64,000 nucleotides of DNA from Syntrophales bacterium (GTDB lineage Bacteria; Desulfobacterota; Syntrophia; Syntrophales; UBA4778). Positions within the stretch are counted from its first letter, which is position 1, and every line of letters starts with the position of its first letter. Under the pieces are notes generated by a model. The model worked only from the letters and a program-made list of their open reading frames with translations. It had not been told where the DNA came from and searched no databases. The stretch spans positions 109,721 through 173,720 of the forward strand of contig JAQTPK010000001.1 of the NCBI GenBank assembly GCA_028712885.1, in the 5' to 3' direction. A program made the position numbers and the translations under genes. This document shows, piece by piece, positions 30,443 through 40,548 of this stretch.

Positions 30443-30706
30443 GGGTTCGAGGAGTCGAGGAGTCGAGGGCTCAAAGGGAAAAAAAGAGATTCAGCGGCAG
30501 CTTGAACACTAGTTAAATAAAATTACCTGTAAATTCAGAATCTTCAGGCTATTACCTCCTTCCTTTTTTTCAGCACCGATACTGCTATCAAAGTGTTGCA
30601 GAAAGGCCACATCGCTTTGACTCTTTTTGTATAAAACTCTTGATATTATTGGGATTATACTCTTGCTTACCCTCTGCTGTCTTAATCCCTCGAACGCTTG
30701 ATCCCT
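30443..30706. repeat. Octamer-periodic repeat with a distant weak inverted partner in the selB-ruvX divergent spacer
   Basis: GGGTTCGAGGAGTCGAGGAGTCGAGGGCTCAAAGGG (30443-30478) ... CCCTCGAACGCTTGATCCCT (30687-30706). Confidence 0.45.
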
Positions 30707-30757
30707 GGTTTAAATGCTTGCCTTGGGTAAGTAGTATATGATAGCTTTCGGCTATCC

Positions 30758-31183
30758 ATGAGAATACTGGGATTGGATTTCGGAGACCGAAGGATCGGCG
30801 TAGCGGTTTCGGATGAGCTCGAAATCACGGCTCAGGCGATCGGAGTTATCGAGAGGAGGGGCCGCAGGAGAGACCTCGAAGAGCTCGAGAAAATAATCGA
30901 CAAATATAATGTCGAAAAAATAATAGTTGGATATCCTCTGCGGCTGGACGGCACCGCAGGCATTCAGTGCAGCAAGGTAGACAGGTTCATAGAAGATCTC
31001 GTTTCTGTTTTTCCTCTTCCGGTAATTCGCTGGGACGAATCACTGACAACCTTTGAAGCGGAAGAACTCCTGAAGGAAGCGAAGGTCGGATTGAAGAAAA
31101 GGAAAAAACTTGTGGACAAAATCGCAGCCGGAATGATTCTTCAATCTTACCTGGATTTCCAGAGGAAAAAGGACATGAGCTGA
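30758..31183 (+). CDS. ruvX: Holliday junction resolvase-like / pre-16S rRNA nuclease RuvX (YqgF)
   Basis: ILGLDFGDRRIGVAVSD, IVGYP, WDESLTT, VDKIAA.MILQSYLD. Confidence 0.95.
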   Translation: MRILGLDFGDRRIGVAVSDELEITAQAIGVIERRGRRRDLEELEKIIDKYNVEKIIVGYPLRLDGTAGIQCSKVDRFIEDLVSVFPLPVIRWDESLTTFEAEELLKEAKVGLKKRKKLVDKIAAGMILQSYLDFQRKKDMS

Positions 31184-31267
31184 CAGTAAACATAAGTTTC
31201 TGATTTTGTTGTATTTATCAGATCAAAAGACCCTATCCTTAGTCAGGACAGGGATTTTGTTTTTTTA

Positions 31268-31389
31268 GAGACTGTTTGAAAACACCCATCTGCTGTGTTG
31301 CGCTCCGGGCGGCAATGCTCACATACCAGTCAGTATGCTCCGCTTGCCGTCCTCGCGCGCCTTGCATCTGGGCATTTTTAAACAGCCTC
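31268..31389. mobile_element. About 120-bp miniature inverted-repeat element (MITE-like)
   Basis: Terminal IRs GAGACTGTTTGAAAA / TTTTTAAACAGCCTC (13/15 match) with nested internal dyads GGCAA..CATAC..GTATG..TTGCC. Confidence 0.6.
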
Positions 31390-31554
31390 AAGACGTGTTT
31401 ATAATATAAGAACTAAATCGTATATTGAATTTAAAGTATCTTGAAATTGAACATTTTTAAAAGACTGCCGCGAAAAAATTCCAAGTACGTTTTGAATCAC
31501 TGTAAAGGAACGTTTTTCCCTTGTTCTTCTTGAGTCTGCGGGGAGGTAAGTATT

Positions 31555-32589
31555 ATGGCGGTGTACAAGTTCATTCAGGAAAAGAAATTTCCAATATTCT
31601 TCCACCTGGTAGCGTTGATGATTCTGGCTTCCTTCTTTTTCGTTTCGGATCTGAAGACGCCTCTGGACAATAAAAACAGGACCATCGTCATTGAGGTTCA
31701 TAAGGGGACCAGCTTTTCGAAAATCATGGACATCCTGAGCGAGGAGAACCTGATCGGGAATCGACTTGCGTTCTATGCCTTCGCGCGCCTGAAAGACGCG
31801 CCGCGCAATATCCGGGCGGGCGAATATGTATTGAGCAGTTCCATGCCGCCTTCGCTGATAATAGACAAGCTCATCAGGGGCGAGGTCAAAGGGTACCGTA
31901 TCCCGTTTCCGGAAGGAATGACGTACCGGCAGATCGCATCCACTCTTGCTGAGCAGGGACTCGTAAAGGAAAAAAAGTTCCTGAAACTCTGCACCGACCG
32001 GGAGTTTATCGCATCGCTGAATATTCAGTCGGCAAGCCTGGAGGGTTATCTGTTTCCGGATACCTACATTCTGACGAAGTCGATGGATGAAAAGGAAATC
32101 ATCGCTCTCATGGTCAACCGGTTCCGGAAACAGATTACGCCCGAGATCATTATGTCGGCCGCTGAGCGCGGCCTGGATCTGAACCAGCTGTTGACCATGG
32201 CGTCCCTGATTGAAAAAGAGGCCAGGATCAAGGAAGAAATGCCGAAGATTTCGGCTGTGTTTTATAACAGACTGAAAAGCTCCATGAGGCTCCAGAGCGA
32301 CCCGACGGCCGTGTACGGTCTGGACAATTTCATGGGGCCGATTACGAGAGACCATCTCAAGCTAAATTCCCCTTACAATACTTACAGAATTTCTGGCCTG
32401 CCGCCCGGCCCGATCGCGAACCCCGGCATGGATTCGATCCGCGCCGCCCTTGAACCGGCCGCTGTCGACTATCTGTATTTTGTGTCGCGCAACGACGGCT
32501 CCCACCAGTTTTCCTCGACTCTGGCTCTGCACAACCATGCTGTCCGGGAATATCGGCTGAAAAGACAAGAAGAAATACAGAAAGATTAA
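31555..32589 (+). CDS. mltG: Endolytic transglycosylase MltG (YceG)
   Basis: N-terminal TM, FPEG, LEGYLFPDTY, ASLIEKE, LQSDPT, SPYNTY..GLPPGPI, YLYFV. Confidence 0.95.
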   Translation: MAVYKFIQEKKFPIFFHLVALMILASFFFVSDLKTPLDNKNRTIVIEVHKGTSFSKIMDILSEENLIGNRLAFYAFARLKDAPRNIRAGEYVLSSSMPPSLIIDKLIRGEVKGYRIPFPEGMTYRQIASTLAEQGLVKEKKFLKLCTDREFIASLNIQSASLEGYLFPDTYILTKSMDEKEIIALMVNRFRKQITPEIIMSAAERGLDLNQLLTMASLIEKEARIKEEMPKISAVFYNRLKSSMRLQSDPTAVYGLDNFMGPITRDHLKLNSPYNTYRISGLPPGPIANPGMDSIRAALEPAAVDYLYFVSRNDGSHQFSSTLALHNHAVREYRLKRQEEIQKD

Positions 32590-32598
32590 AGATTTTCC

Positions 32599-32661
32599 TT
32601 GACAAACGGAATCCACTCTTCCTATATATCCACACGGTGGAGTAAAGTGGATGATAGTGGA
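32599..32661 (+). promoter_or_regulatory. dcw promoter and three MraZ-binding boxes
   Basis: TTGACA-N18-TATATA, followed by GTGGA repeats at 32637, 32647 and 32657 (10-bp period). Confidence 0.78.
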
Positions 32662-32669
32662 GGAAGAGC

Positions 32670-33116
32670 TTGTCCGTTTTCCGGGGCAGATATTATCACA
32701 ACATAGATGATAAAGGCCGGATCATCTTCCCGTCCAAGCTGCGGGAGGTATTTGCGGAGAAGTACGACAACCGGATGGTCATCACCAATTGGGAAGGCTA
32801 CCTGATGGCCTTCCCTTTTGACGAATGGCGGGTCCTGGAAGAAAAGGTAAGCGTCCAGTCAATTCTCCGGAAAGAGGTGCGCGCCTTCCAGCGCTTTTTC
32901 ATGTCGGGGGCGGTAGATTGCTCTTTCGACAGCCAGGGCCGGATTCTCGTGCCCCCCGCCTTGCGCGAATACGCAGGGCTGGAAAAGGATATTGTCCTGG
33001 CCGGCATGGTGAAGGTGATCGAAATCTGGGGCCGCGAGCGCTGGGATGCGGAGATGGAGAAGACCGCCGGGGGAATTGACGCGTTCACCGATTACATGGC
33101 CGATCTCGGCATATAA
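32670..33116 (+). CDS. mraZ: Division/cell wall cluster regulator MraZ
   Basis: [29 protein letters not shown]. Confidence 0.95.
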   Translation: MSVFRGRYYHNIDDKGRIIFPSKLREVFAEKYDNRMVITNWEGYLMAFPFDEWRVLEEKVSVQSILRKEVRAFQRFFMSGAVDCSFDSQGRILVPPALREYAGLEKDIVLAGMVKVIEIWGRERWDAEMEKTAGGIDAFTDYMADLGI

Positions 33117-33122
33117 AAAAAT

Positions 33123-33202
33123 AGTTCGGAGTTCAGAGTTCAGAGTTTCAGCCTCCCGTTCCCTACGCTCTGAAACTCGAATTCATCCTGAACTCGACAA
33201 CT
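33123..33202. repeat. Heptamer-periodic imperfect inverted repeat between mraZ and rsmH
   Basis: AGTTCGG-AGTTCAG-AGTTCAG-AGTTTCAG ... CTGAAACTC..CTGAACTC. Confidence 0.6.
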
Positions 33203-33203
33203 G

Positions 33204-34142
33204 ATGAATTACGAATACCACAAGCCGGTGATGGTCGAGGAAGTTGTCAGGGGACTCGATTGCGGGCCCGGCAAGGTTTATGTGGACGGGACAGCAGGCG
33301 GCGGCGGGCATTCCGAGGAGATCCTGAAGCGGTCTTCGCCCGACGGTAAACTCATCGGGATAGATCTGGACCGGGATGCCCTGGCGGAGTCCGGAAGACG
33401 GCTTGCTCCTTTTGGGAAACGTGCCGTTCTGGTCGCCGGATGTTTTTCGGATATTCCGGAGATCCTGGACCGGCTTGGAATTGAAAAAGTGGACGGCATA
33501 CTTCTCGATCTCGGGCTGTCGTCCCATCAACTGGATACGGCCGGACGCGGCTTCAGTTTTACTTTGGACGGCCCTCTTGACATGAGATTCGATTGCGCGA
33601 GCGGGCCGGATGCAGGCGAACTCGTAAACTGGCTGCCGGAGAAGGATCTGGCGCGGATTATCCGGGAGTTTGGAGAGGAGCCAATGGCGGGGAGAGTCGC
33701 GAGATCGATTGTCCAGGCGAGAAGAAAGGCCCCGCTGCGGACGACGCGGGAGCTTGCGGATCTCGTTTACAGGGCCGTACCAGCGCGCCGGCGGAGGCCC
33801 GGCATCCATCCGGCGACAAAAACTTTCCAGGCCTTGCGCATAGCCGTGAACAGCGAGCTCGATGCCCTGAAAGCGGCAGTAGAGGGAGGAATAGACCGGC
33901 TTCGGAAAGGAGGCCGGTTCTGCGTCATTTCCTTCCACTCGCTCGAAGACCGTATTGTCAAGGACGCGTTCCGGTCATGGGAGCGCGATTGCGTGTGTCC
34001 TCCGGGACTGCCCTTCTGTTCCTGCAGCCGGCGGCGGAAGCTCCGCGTCCTCACCCGCAAGCCCCTGCGGCCGCCCCCGGAGGAGATTCGGGAAAATCCG
34101 CGGGCGCGGAGCGCGAAACTGAGAATCGCCGAGAGGATCTGA
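33204..34142 (+). CDS. rsmH: 16S rRNA m4C1402 methyltransferase
   Basis: HKPVM, DGTAGGGGHS, DLGLSS.QLD..RGFSF, LDMR, TFQALRIAVN, ISFHSLEDR, RARSAKLR. Confidence 0.96.
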   Translation: MNYEYHKPVMVEEVVRGLDCGPGKVYVDGTAGGGGHSEEILKRSSPDGKLIGIDLDRDALAESGRRLAPFGKRAVLVAGCFSDIPEILDRLGIEKVDGILLDLGLSSHQLDTAGRGFSFTLDGPLDMRFDCASGPDAGELVNWLPEKDLARIIREFGEEPMAGRVARSIVQARRKAPLRTTRELADLVYRAVPARRRRPGIHPATKTFQALRIAVNSELDALKAAVEGGIDRLRKGGRFCVISFHSLEDRIVKDAFRSWERDCVCPPGLPFCSCSRRRKLRVLTRKPLRPPPEEIRENPRARSAKLRIAERI

Positions 34143-34143
34143 C

Positions 34144-34464
34144 ATGCCTTTTACAAAAACCATCAGGACGAGAATCGTCTTCGACGAGCAGGATCGTTCG
34201 CAGCTGAAATTGACCACCGTGATCTTCGTTTCATTCGTGCTGATGGTTGCCATCCTGTTCTATGTCTGGTCGCATATCCATTTTACCGAGCTGAAATACC
34301 GGATTGCCAAGGAGATCAGTATCAGGGAAGGACTCCTAGAAGAAAACCGCAAGCTCAAACTGGAGATCGCCACGCTCAAGTCGCCGAAGAGAATAGAGGC
34401 GATCGCCAGGGGTCAACTGGGAATGCAGCACCCCGACCGTGACCAGGTGATTTTTCTGAAATGA
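34144..34464 (+). CDS. ftsL: Cell division protein FtsL
   Basis: Single TM, coiled coil, RIEAIA..LGM..P; position between rsmH and ftsI. Confidence 0.88.
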   Translation: MPFTKTIRTRIVFDEQDRSQLKLTTVIFVSFVLMVAILFYVWSHIHFTELKYRIAKEISIREGLLEENRKLKLEIATLKSPKRIEAIARGQLGMQHPDRDQVIFLK

Positions 34465-36431
34465 TTCGAAAAACGAAAAAGAAATGGAAACTGCGTCTCT
34501 GGATTCTTACCGCCTGTTTTATCGTGGCATTTTCCATTCTGATCGGCAGGGCCTTCCAGCTCCAGATCCTTTCCGGGAAGATGTACAAGCCCCTGGCAAA
34601 CAAACAGCACATCACGGCCCTGCAGCTCCAGCCTGACCGGGGTCTGATCCTGGATCGAAACGGAGAAAAACTCGCCGCGAGCGTGTCGCTCGAGTCGGTC
34701 TGCGCTGATCCGTCCAAAGTTGCCGATCCCAAGACCGCCGCCGCCAGACTCTGCCGGATCACGGGCGCGAATTACAACACCGTTCTGGAAAGACTGACAG
34801 GCTCGAAGAATTTCTGCTGGATCGCCAGGATGATATCTCCGGCGGAAGCCGAAGCGGTGCAGAGCCTGAAGATCGAGGGTATTTTCCTGATCAGGGAACC
34901 GAAACGCTTTTATCCCAACCAGAACCTGGCCGGATCGCTGCTGGGATTCGTCGGGATAGACTCGACAGGATTGGAGGGCATTGAATCAAAATACGACTCG
35001 TACCTGAAACGTGAACCGGAAAAGGTCGTGTGGGGAAGGGATGCGAGAGGAAACCTCCTTTTCCTGAAAGACAGCTTGATCATGGATAAGGCCGACCAGA
35101 ACTACAATATATTGTTGACAATCGACAGCAGAATCCAATATCTTGTGGAGGCCCAGCTTAAAAGGGCGGTAGATGACAAGATGGCCAGGGGGGGGATCGC
35201 CGTTGCTCTGGATCCCCGGACAGGGGAAGTGCTGGCCATGGCGCAGGATCCCGGCTTAAATCCCAATACCTTTTCCAAAAGCGGCGCAGAATTCAGGAAA
35301 AACAGGGCCATCTCCGACAGCTTCGATCCCGGATCCACCTTCAAGCCGTTTGTTGTCGCGGCCGCCCTGGAAGAGGGACTAATCAGAGAGAAGGACAGGA
35401 TATTCTGCGAAAACGGGGCCTATCCCGTTGCGAACAGGGTGATCCACGAGGCCCAGAAGAAGAAGCACGGTAGCCTGACGGTCAGGGAAATAATAAAGTA
35501 TTCAAGCAACATCGGTTGCGCCAAAATAGGGCAGAGACTGGGCCGGGAACGGTTTCACAAGTATGTGCGAGATTTCGGTTTCGGGGCAAAGACCGGGATA
35601 GATCTCCCGGGCGAGAGCACCGGGATCCTTCGTCCAGCGTCGCGGTGGACCACTGTAGATACGGCTGCGATCTCCTTCGGCCAGGGGATTTCGGTTACGG
35701 CGATCCAGCTTGTCTCCGCTCTTTCGGCCATCGCCAATCAGGGCGTGCTGATGAGGCCTTTTGTCGTCAAGGGTCTGGTCGATCAGGACGGCCGTCTCGT
35801 CCGGGAATTCAAGCCGATAGCAGTCCGCCAGGTTGTTTCCGCGCGCACTGCGCAGAAGATGACGTCGATTTTAACGGATGTCGTTTCCGCAGATGACGGC
35901 ACGGGCAAGAACGCGCGGATCGTCAACGTTTCCGTCGCGGGCAAAACAGGCACTTCCCAGAAATTCGATTTCTCCATCCACAAGTACTCAAGCGAGAGAG
36001 TCCGCACCTCCTTCATGGGATTTTTCCCCGCCGAAGACCCCCGCATTGCCATTTTTGTCATGCTGGACGAGCCTAAGCGGGACAAGTGGGGAGGCGTTGC
36101 CGCGGCGCCCGTGTTCCGGAGCATCGGAGAGCAGATACTGCGCTGCTATGAAGGCATTCCCGGAGAGGTCGTCGAACCCAAAATAGAGGATGAAGGCGCC
36201 GATCAGAATATAAGGCTTGTCGATATGGCCGTGTCGGACGGCATCGAGGATACTACATCCATGCCCGATTTCAGGGGGCTGTCCGTCAAGAACGTGCTTA
36301 AACTTGCGCGCGAACGCGGGATCGCGCTGAGCGTCATCGGGAGCGGGTGGGCGGTCAGGCAGGCCCCGTCGCCGGGCGTGCCGTTGAGCGGAAACGCCGC
36401 GTGCACTGTTTTCTTCAGCGCCGGAAAATAG
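34461..36431 (+). CDS. ftsI: Peptidoglycan D,D-transpeptidase FtsI/PBP3 with C-terminal PASTA domain
   Basis: RG.I.DRNG, GSTFK, SSN, KTGT motifs. Confidence 0.95.
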   Translation: MIRKTKKKWKLRLWILTACFIVAFSILIGRAFQLQILSGKMYKPLANKQHITALQLQPDRGLILDRNGEKLAASVSLESVCADPSKVADPKTAAARLCRITGANYNTVLERLTGSKNFCWIARMISPAEAEAVQSLKIEGIFLIREPKRFYPNQNLAGSLLGFVGIDSTGLEGIESKYDSYLKREPEKVVWGRDARGNLLFLKDSLIMDKADQNYNILLTIDSRIQYLVEAQLKRAVDDKMARGGIAVALDPRTGEVLAMAQDPGLNPNTFSKSGAEFRKNRAISDSFDPGSTFKPFVVAAALEEGLIREKDRIFCENGAYPVANRVIHEAQKKKHGSLTVREIIKYSSNIGCAKIGQRLGRERFHKYVRDFGFGAKTGIDLPGESTGILRPASRWTTVDTAAISFGQGISVTAIQLVSALSAIANQGVLMRPFVVKGLVDQDGRLVREFKPIAVRQVVSARTAQKMTSILTDVVSADDGTGKNARIVNVSVAGKTGTSQKFDFSIHKYSSERVRTSFMGFFPAEDPRIAIFVMLDEPKRDKWGGVAAAPVFRSIGEQILRCYEGIPGEVVEPKIEDEGADQNIRLVDMAVSDGIEDTTSMPDFRGLSVKNVLKLARERGIALSVIGSGWAVRQAPSPGVPLSGNAACTVFFSAGK

Positions 36432-36456
36432 TTCCGGGAAAACGTCGGAGGCTTTT

Positions 36457-37992
36457 TTGGACATAAGCGAAGTTGTCAAAGACGTAAGCCTGGTGGAGAC
36501 GAAAGGCCCCCTGAAGGGTGATGTTTCCTTCATCCATTATGATTCCCGCCTGTGCCGGGAGGGGTCTCTGTTCGTCGCCGTCCCCGGCCTGAAACTTGAT
36601 GGCCACGCCTTCATTTCGCAAGCGGCCGCCGCCGGGGCTCGTTTTGTCGTTTGCGAGCGGGCCGTCGACGTGCCGTCCGGCGTGACCCTGATCAGGGTGG
36701 AAAGCGCCCGGAAAGCCCTCAGCCTGGTGGGCCGCAATTTTTACGGCGATCCGTCCGCCGGCCTGTGCATGGTCGGCGTAACGGGCACGAACGGAAAGAC
36801 GACGATAACGTATCTGCTGGAATCGATTTTCGAAGCGGCCGGCTTCCGCGCCGGCGTCGTGGGCACCATCAATTACCGTTATGCCGGGGAGAAGCTGCCG
36901 GCGCCGAATACCACTCCGGAGTCGCTCGACCTGCAGAGAATGCTGCGGGAGATGGCCTCGCGGGGCGTCACGCATGTAGTGATGGAAGTGTCGTCGCACG
37001 CCCTCGATATGGGCAGGGTGGACCACTGCAGTTTCCGGGCGGGTGTCTTTACGAATCTGACCCGGGATCACCTGGACTACCACCGCACCATGGAGGACTA
37101 TTATCTCGCGAAGAGGAAGTTTTTCGAACAGATACTGAGCCGAAAGCCGGACGTCTGCAGGATCGTCAATATCGACGATCCGTGGGGAAAGAGGCTGATC
37201 GAAGAGTCCGGCGGACTGGCGAGCAGCTTCGGCATCGACTCCCCCGCGGATTTCACGGCGGATGAAGTGGAGCTGTCGATCCGCGGCATTCACGCCAAGA
37301 TATGCGCGCCGCAGTCCGGGAAGATTCCGGTTCGCTCCCCTCTGATCGGCAGGTTCAATCTCTACAACATACTTGCCGCCGCATCGGCCGCGCGTCTCCT
37401 GGGCGTCCCGCCGAACGCCGTCCGTGAGGGAATAGAGCGACTGCGCAGCGTGCCGGGGCGGATGGAGAGGATCAGCCGCCCGGGGGAGCCGGCCGTGTTC
37501 GTCGACTATGCGCATACCGAGGATGCATTGAAACGCGTGCTCCAGAATCTGGTCGAATTCAGGAAGAACCGGATCATCACCGTTTTCGGCTGCGGCGGGG
37601 ACCGCGATCGGGGGAAGCGGCCGCTCATGGGAAAAGCGGCGGTTTCATACAGCGATTTGACGATAGTGACTTCGGATAACCCGCGGTCGGAGAAGCCGAT
37701 GAGCATCATCGCAGAAATCGAGAAGGGGATGGAATCGGTCGGGAAGCATCCTCCCGAAGACCTGAACCTGCTCAACGGCAAGGCGTATACGGTCATCCCG
37801 GACCGAATTTCCGCGATTGAGGCGGCGATCCGGACGGCGCGGTCCAACGACATCGTCCTGATTGCGGGGAAAGGACATGAGGACTACCAGATCGTGGGGG
37901 GGAAAGTCCTTCCGTTTGATGACCGGCGGATCGGCCGCCGGATTCTCGACGCCAGGGCCCATGAAGCCGGGATTGCCGGGGAAGGCGGCTGA
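36457..37992 (+). CDS. murE: UDP-MurNAc-dipeptide:meso-DAP ligase
   Basis: TGTNGKTT, MEVSSH, DYAHT, GCGGDRD, DNPR (DAP specificity), AGKGHE. Confidence 0.96.
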   Translation: MDISEVVKDVSLVETKGPLKGDVSFIHYDSRLCREGSLFVAVPGLKLDGHAFISQAAAAGARFVVCERAVDVPSGVTLIRVESARKALSLVGRNFYGDPSAGLCMVGVTGTNGKTTITYLLESIFEAAGFRAGVVGTINYRYAGEKLPAPNTTPESLDLQRMLREMASRGVTHVVMEVSSHALDMGRVDHCSFRAGVFTNLTRDHLDYHRTMEDYYLAKRKFFEQILSRKPDVCRIVNIDDPWGKRLIEESGGLASSFGIDSPADFTADEVELSIRGIHAKICAPQSGKIPVRSPLIGRFNLYNILAAASAARLLGVPPNAVREGIERLRSVPGRMERISRPGEPAVFVDYAHTEDALKRVLQNLVEFRKNRIITVFGCGGDRDRGKRPLMGKAAVSYSDLTIVTSDNPRSEKPMSIIAEIEKGMESVGKHPPEDLNLLNGKAYTVIPDRISAIEAAIRTARSNDIVLIAGKGHEDYQIVGGKVLPFDDRRIGRRILDARAHEAGIAGEGG

Positions 37993-37995
37993 GGC

Positions 37996-39426
37996 ATGGC
38001 GGAAAAGGGATTTTGCCTGACAGTGCGCGAGACGGTCTATGCAACCGGGGGAAGCCTTCTGCGCGGCGCACCCGGTGTGGTATTCACCGGTGTGTCTACG
38101 GATTCGCGCAAAGCCGGCCCCGGCGATCTGTTTATCCCGCTGGCGGGAGAACGCTTTGACGGTCATGATTTCATAGCCGACGCGGTCCGGGGCGGGGCGG
38201 CGGGGTTTCTGACCGGCAGGGGGAGCGAGGCGAAAATTCAGGCCTGCGGGCCCGAAACGGCCGTAATCTGCGTGGAAGACACGCTCCATGCCCTGGGAGA
38301 AATCGCGCGCTCGTGGCGGAACCGGTTCGACGTGCCCGTGGCCGCGCTGACCGGGAGCTCCGGCAAGACCACAACAAAAGAGATGGCCGCGTCCATTGCG
38401 GGACTCAGGAGAGACGTCCTTCGGAACGAAGGCAACTTCAACAACCTGGTCGGCCTGCCGCTGACCATTCTCGGCATGCGCGACCGGTACGAGACGGCCA
38501 TTCTGGAAATGGGGACGAACAGGAGAGGGGAAATAGCCCGTCTCACCGAGATCGCCTCTCCGGTCATCGGTCTCATCACGAACATAGGATCGGCGCATCT
38601 GGAGGGTTTTGGAAACGTCGAGACCGTCGCGGAGGAAAAGAGGGATCTCTTCAACCATATGGGCGAGGAGGGAATCGCCGTGATCAATATGGACGACCCG
38701 GTGCTTGCATCGTGGATCGGCCGTTACCGGAAATCCTATTTTACCTACGGGTTTTCCGGCGAGGCGATGGTGAGGGCGGAAGACGTCCGGATGGAGGCAG
38801 CCGCGGCGCGCTTCACGATCAGGATTTCCGGTTTTTCGGCGGAAGTTCGCCTGAACGCCGCGGGACGGCACAATGTGAGCAACGCGCTGGGCGCGGCGGC
38901 GCTGTGCTGGTGCATGGGCATCGAACCGGACGCCATCTGCGAAGGAATTGCGGGATTCAGGCCGGTCCAGGGCAGGATGGAGATCATTGCTCTTCGTAAC
39001 GGCTCTTTCGTGATCAACGACTCCTACAACGCCAACCCGGAGTCCGTTCGCGCCGCCCTGGCGACGCTCACGGAATCGGCGGCAAACGGGGCGGCCACGA
39101 CCGCCGTTCTGGGGGATATGCTCGAGCTCGGCACCGAATCCGAGCGGCTGCATCGGGAGATCGGACTTTTCGCCGCCAAGGCGGGCGTAAAGCGGATTTA
39201 CGTCCGCGGCGATTTTTCCCCGGCATTGGCAGCAGGGGCGATCGAGGGAGGCATGCAGGAAAAGGACGTGATACGTCTCGATTCGCCGCGACGGATCGCG
39301 GAGGAGATAGGGAGAAGAAGCCGCAGGGGCGACTGGGTTCTCGTCAAGGGGTCCCGGCGGATGCGGATGGAAGAAATATCCCAAGCGCTGGCCGATGTGA
39401 TCGGCATCACGGAGAAATCGGCGTAA
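37996..39426 (+). CDS. murF: UDP-MurNAc-tripeptide:D-Ala-D-Ala ligase
   Basis: TGSSGKTTTKE, NFNN.VGLP, DSYNANP, LGDMLELG, VKGSR. Confidence 0.96.
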   Translation: MAEKGFCLTVRETVYATGGSLLRGAPGVVFTGVSTDSRKAGPGDLFIPLAGERFDGHDFIADAVRGGAAGFLTGRGSEAKIQACGPETAVICVEDTLHALGEIARSWRNRFDVPVAALTGSSGKTTTKEMAASIAGLRRDVLRNEGNFNNLVGLPLTILGMRDRYETAILEMGTNRRGEIARLTEIASPVIGLITNIGSAHLEGFGNVETVAEEKRDLFNHMGEEGIAVINMDDPVLASWIGRYRKSYFTYGFSGEAMVRAEDVRMEAAAARFTIRISGFSAEVRLNAAGRHNVSNALGAAALCWCMGIEPDAICEGIAGFRPVQGRMEIIALRNGSFVINDSYNANPESVRAALATLTESAANGAATTAVLGDMLELGTESERLHREIGLFAAKAGVKRIYVRGDFSPALAAGAIEGGMQEKDVIRLDSPRRIAEEIGRRSRRGDWVLVKGSRRMRMEEISQALADVIGITEKSA

Positions 39427-39466
39427 AACATTAAGTTGAGGAGAAATTTTTCCCGGGGTTTTTTAG

Positions 39467-40543
39467 ATGATATACCACCTTCTTTATCCGCTGCACGCGA
39501 GCTATTCGTTCTTCAACGTATTCCGGTATATCACTTTCCGGACGATCTACGCGATGATCACGGCCATGATCATCGCCTTCGTCCTCGGACCGTGGCTGAT
39601 CCGCAAACTCCAGTCCCTGCAGATAGGCCAGCCCATCCGGGAAGACGGGCCCAATTCACACCTCTCGAAAAAGGGCACCCCGACGATGGGCGGTATTCTC
39701 ATTATATTTTCCGTCGTCGTTTCGACGCTCCTGTGGGCGAACCTCACGGTCGATTATGTCTGGTTTGTCGTCCTAGCCACGGTCGGATTCGGTCTGATCG
39801 GCTTCATGGACGATTACCGCAAGCTGTCGAACGGCAGCAAGGGCGTCCCCGGCAGAGTGAGGCTGGGAGCGGAAATCGCGATTGCTCTCTTCCTCAGCGC
39901 GATCCTTTATTTCAAGCCGGGTTTCAGCTCCAGCATAACGATTCCGTTTTTCAAAACCATTCTTCCCGACCTGGGATGGGGCTACATTTTCCTGTCCGCG
40001 TTCATAATCGTCGGCGCCGCCAACGCTGTCAATCTCACGGACGGTCTCGACGGGCTCGCGATCGGGCCCGCCCTGGTGTGCTTTTTGACTTACCTGCTCT
40101 TTGCCTATTTCGCCGGCAACTCGCGCATCTCGGGTTATCTCCAGATTCCGTATGTGCCGGGAACAGGGGAGCTGGCGGTATTTTGCGGTGCGATGGCGGG
40201 GGCCGGCATCGGTTTCCTCTGGTACAATTCGTACCCGGCGCAGATTTTCATGGGAGACGTGGGATCTCTGTCGCTGGGCGGGGCGCTGGGGACAATCGCC
40301 GTCATCACAAAACAGGAAATCCTGCTGGCCATCGTGGGCGGCGTATTCGTCATGGAGACGTTTTCCGTTATTTTTCAGGTAGGCTGGTTCAAGGTTTCCA
40401 ACGGGAAGAGGATTTTCAGGATGGCCCCCATCCATCATCATTTCGAATTGAAGGGATGGGCGGAGCCGAAAGTCATCGTGCGGTTCTGGATAATTTCGAT
40501 CATCCTGGCGCTGGTTGCCATCAGCACGCTGAAACTCAGGTAA
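39467..40543 (+). CDS. mraY: Phospho-MurNAc-pentapeptide transferase
   Basis: [40 protein letters not shown]. Confidence 0.97.
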   Translation: MIYHLLYPLHASYSFFNVFRYITFRTIYAMITAMIIAFVLGPWLIRKLQSLQIGQPIREDGPNSHLSKKGTPTMGGILIIFSVVVSTLLWANLTVDYVWFVVLATVGFGLIGFMDDYRKLSNGSKGVPGRVRLGAEIAIALFLSAILYFKPGFSSSITIPFFKTILPDLGWGYIFLSAFIIVGAANAVNLTDGLDGLAIGPALVCFLTYLLFAYFAGNSRISGYLQIPYVPGTGELAVFCGAMAGAGIGFLWYNSYPAQIFMGDVGSLSLGGALGTIAVITKQEILLAIVGGVFVMETFSVIFQVGWFKVSNGKRIFRMAPIHHHFELKGWAEPKVIVRFWIISIILALVAISTLKLR

Positions 40544-40548
40544 ACGGA

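Noticed and set aside
39436-40548. 371-codon in-frame upstream extension of murD overlapping all of mraY (819-aa ORF)
   Set aside because: Alternative-frame openness of a GC-rich membrane-protein gene; the translation is low-complexity R/P/G and MurD motifs begin at ATG 40549
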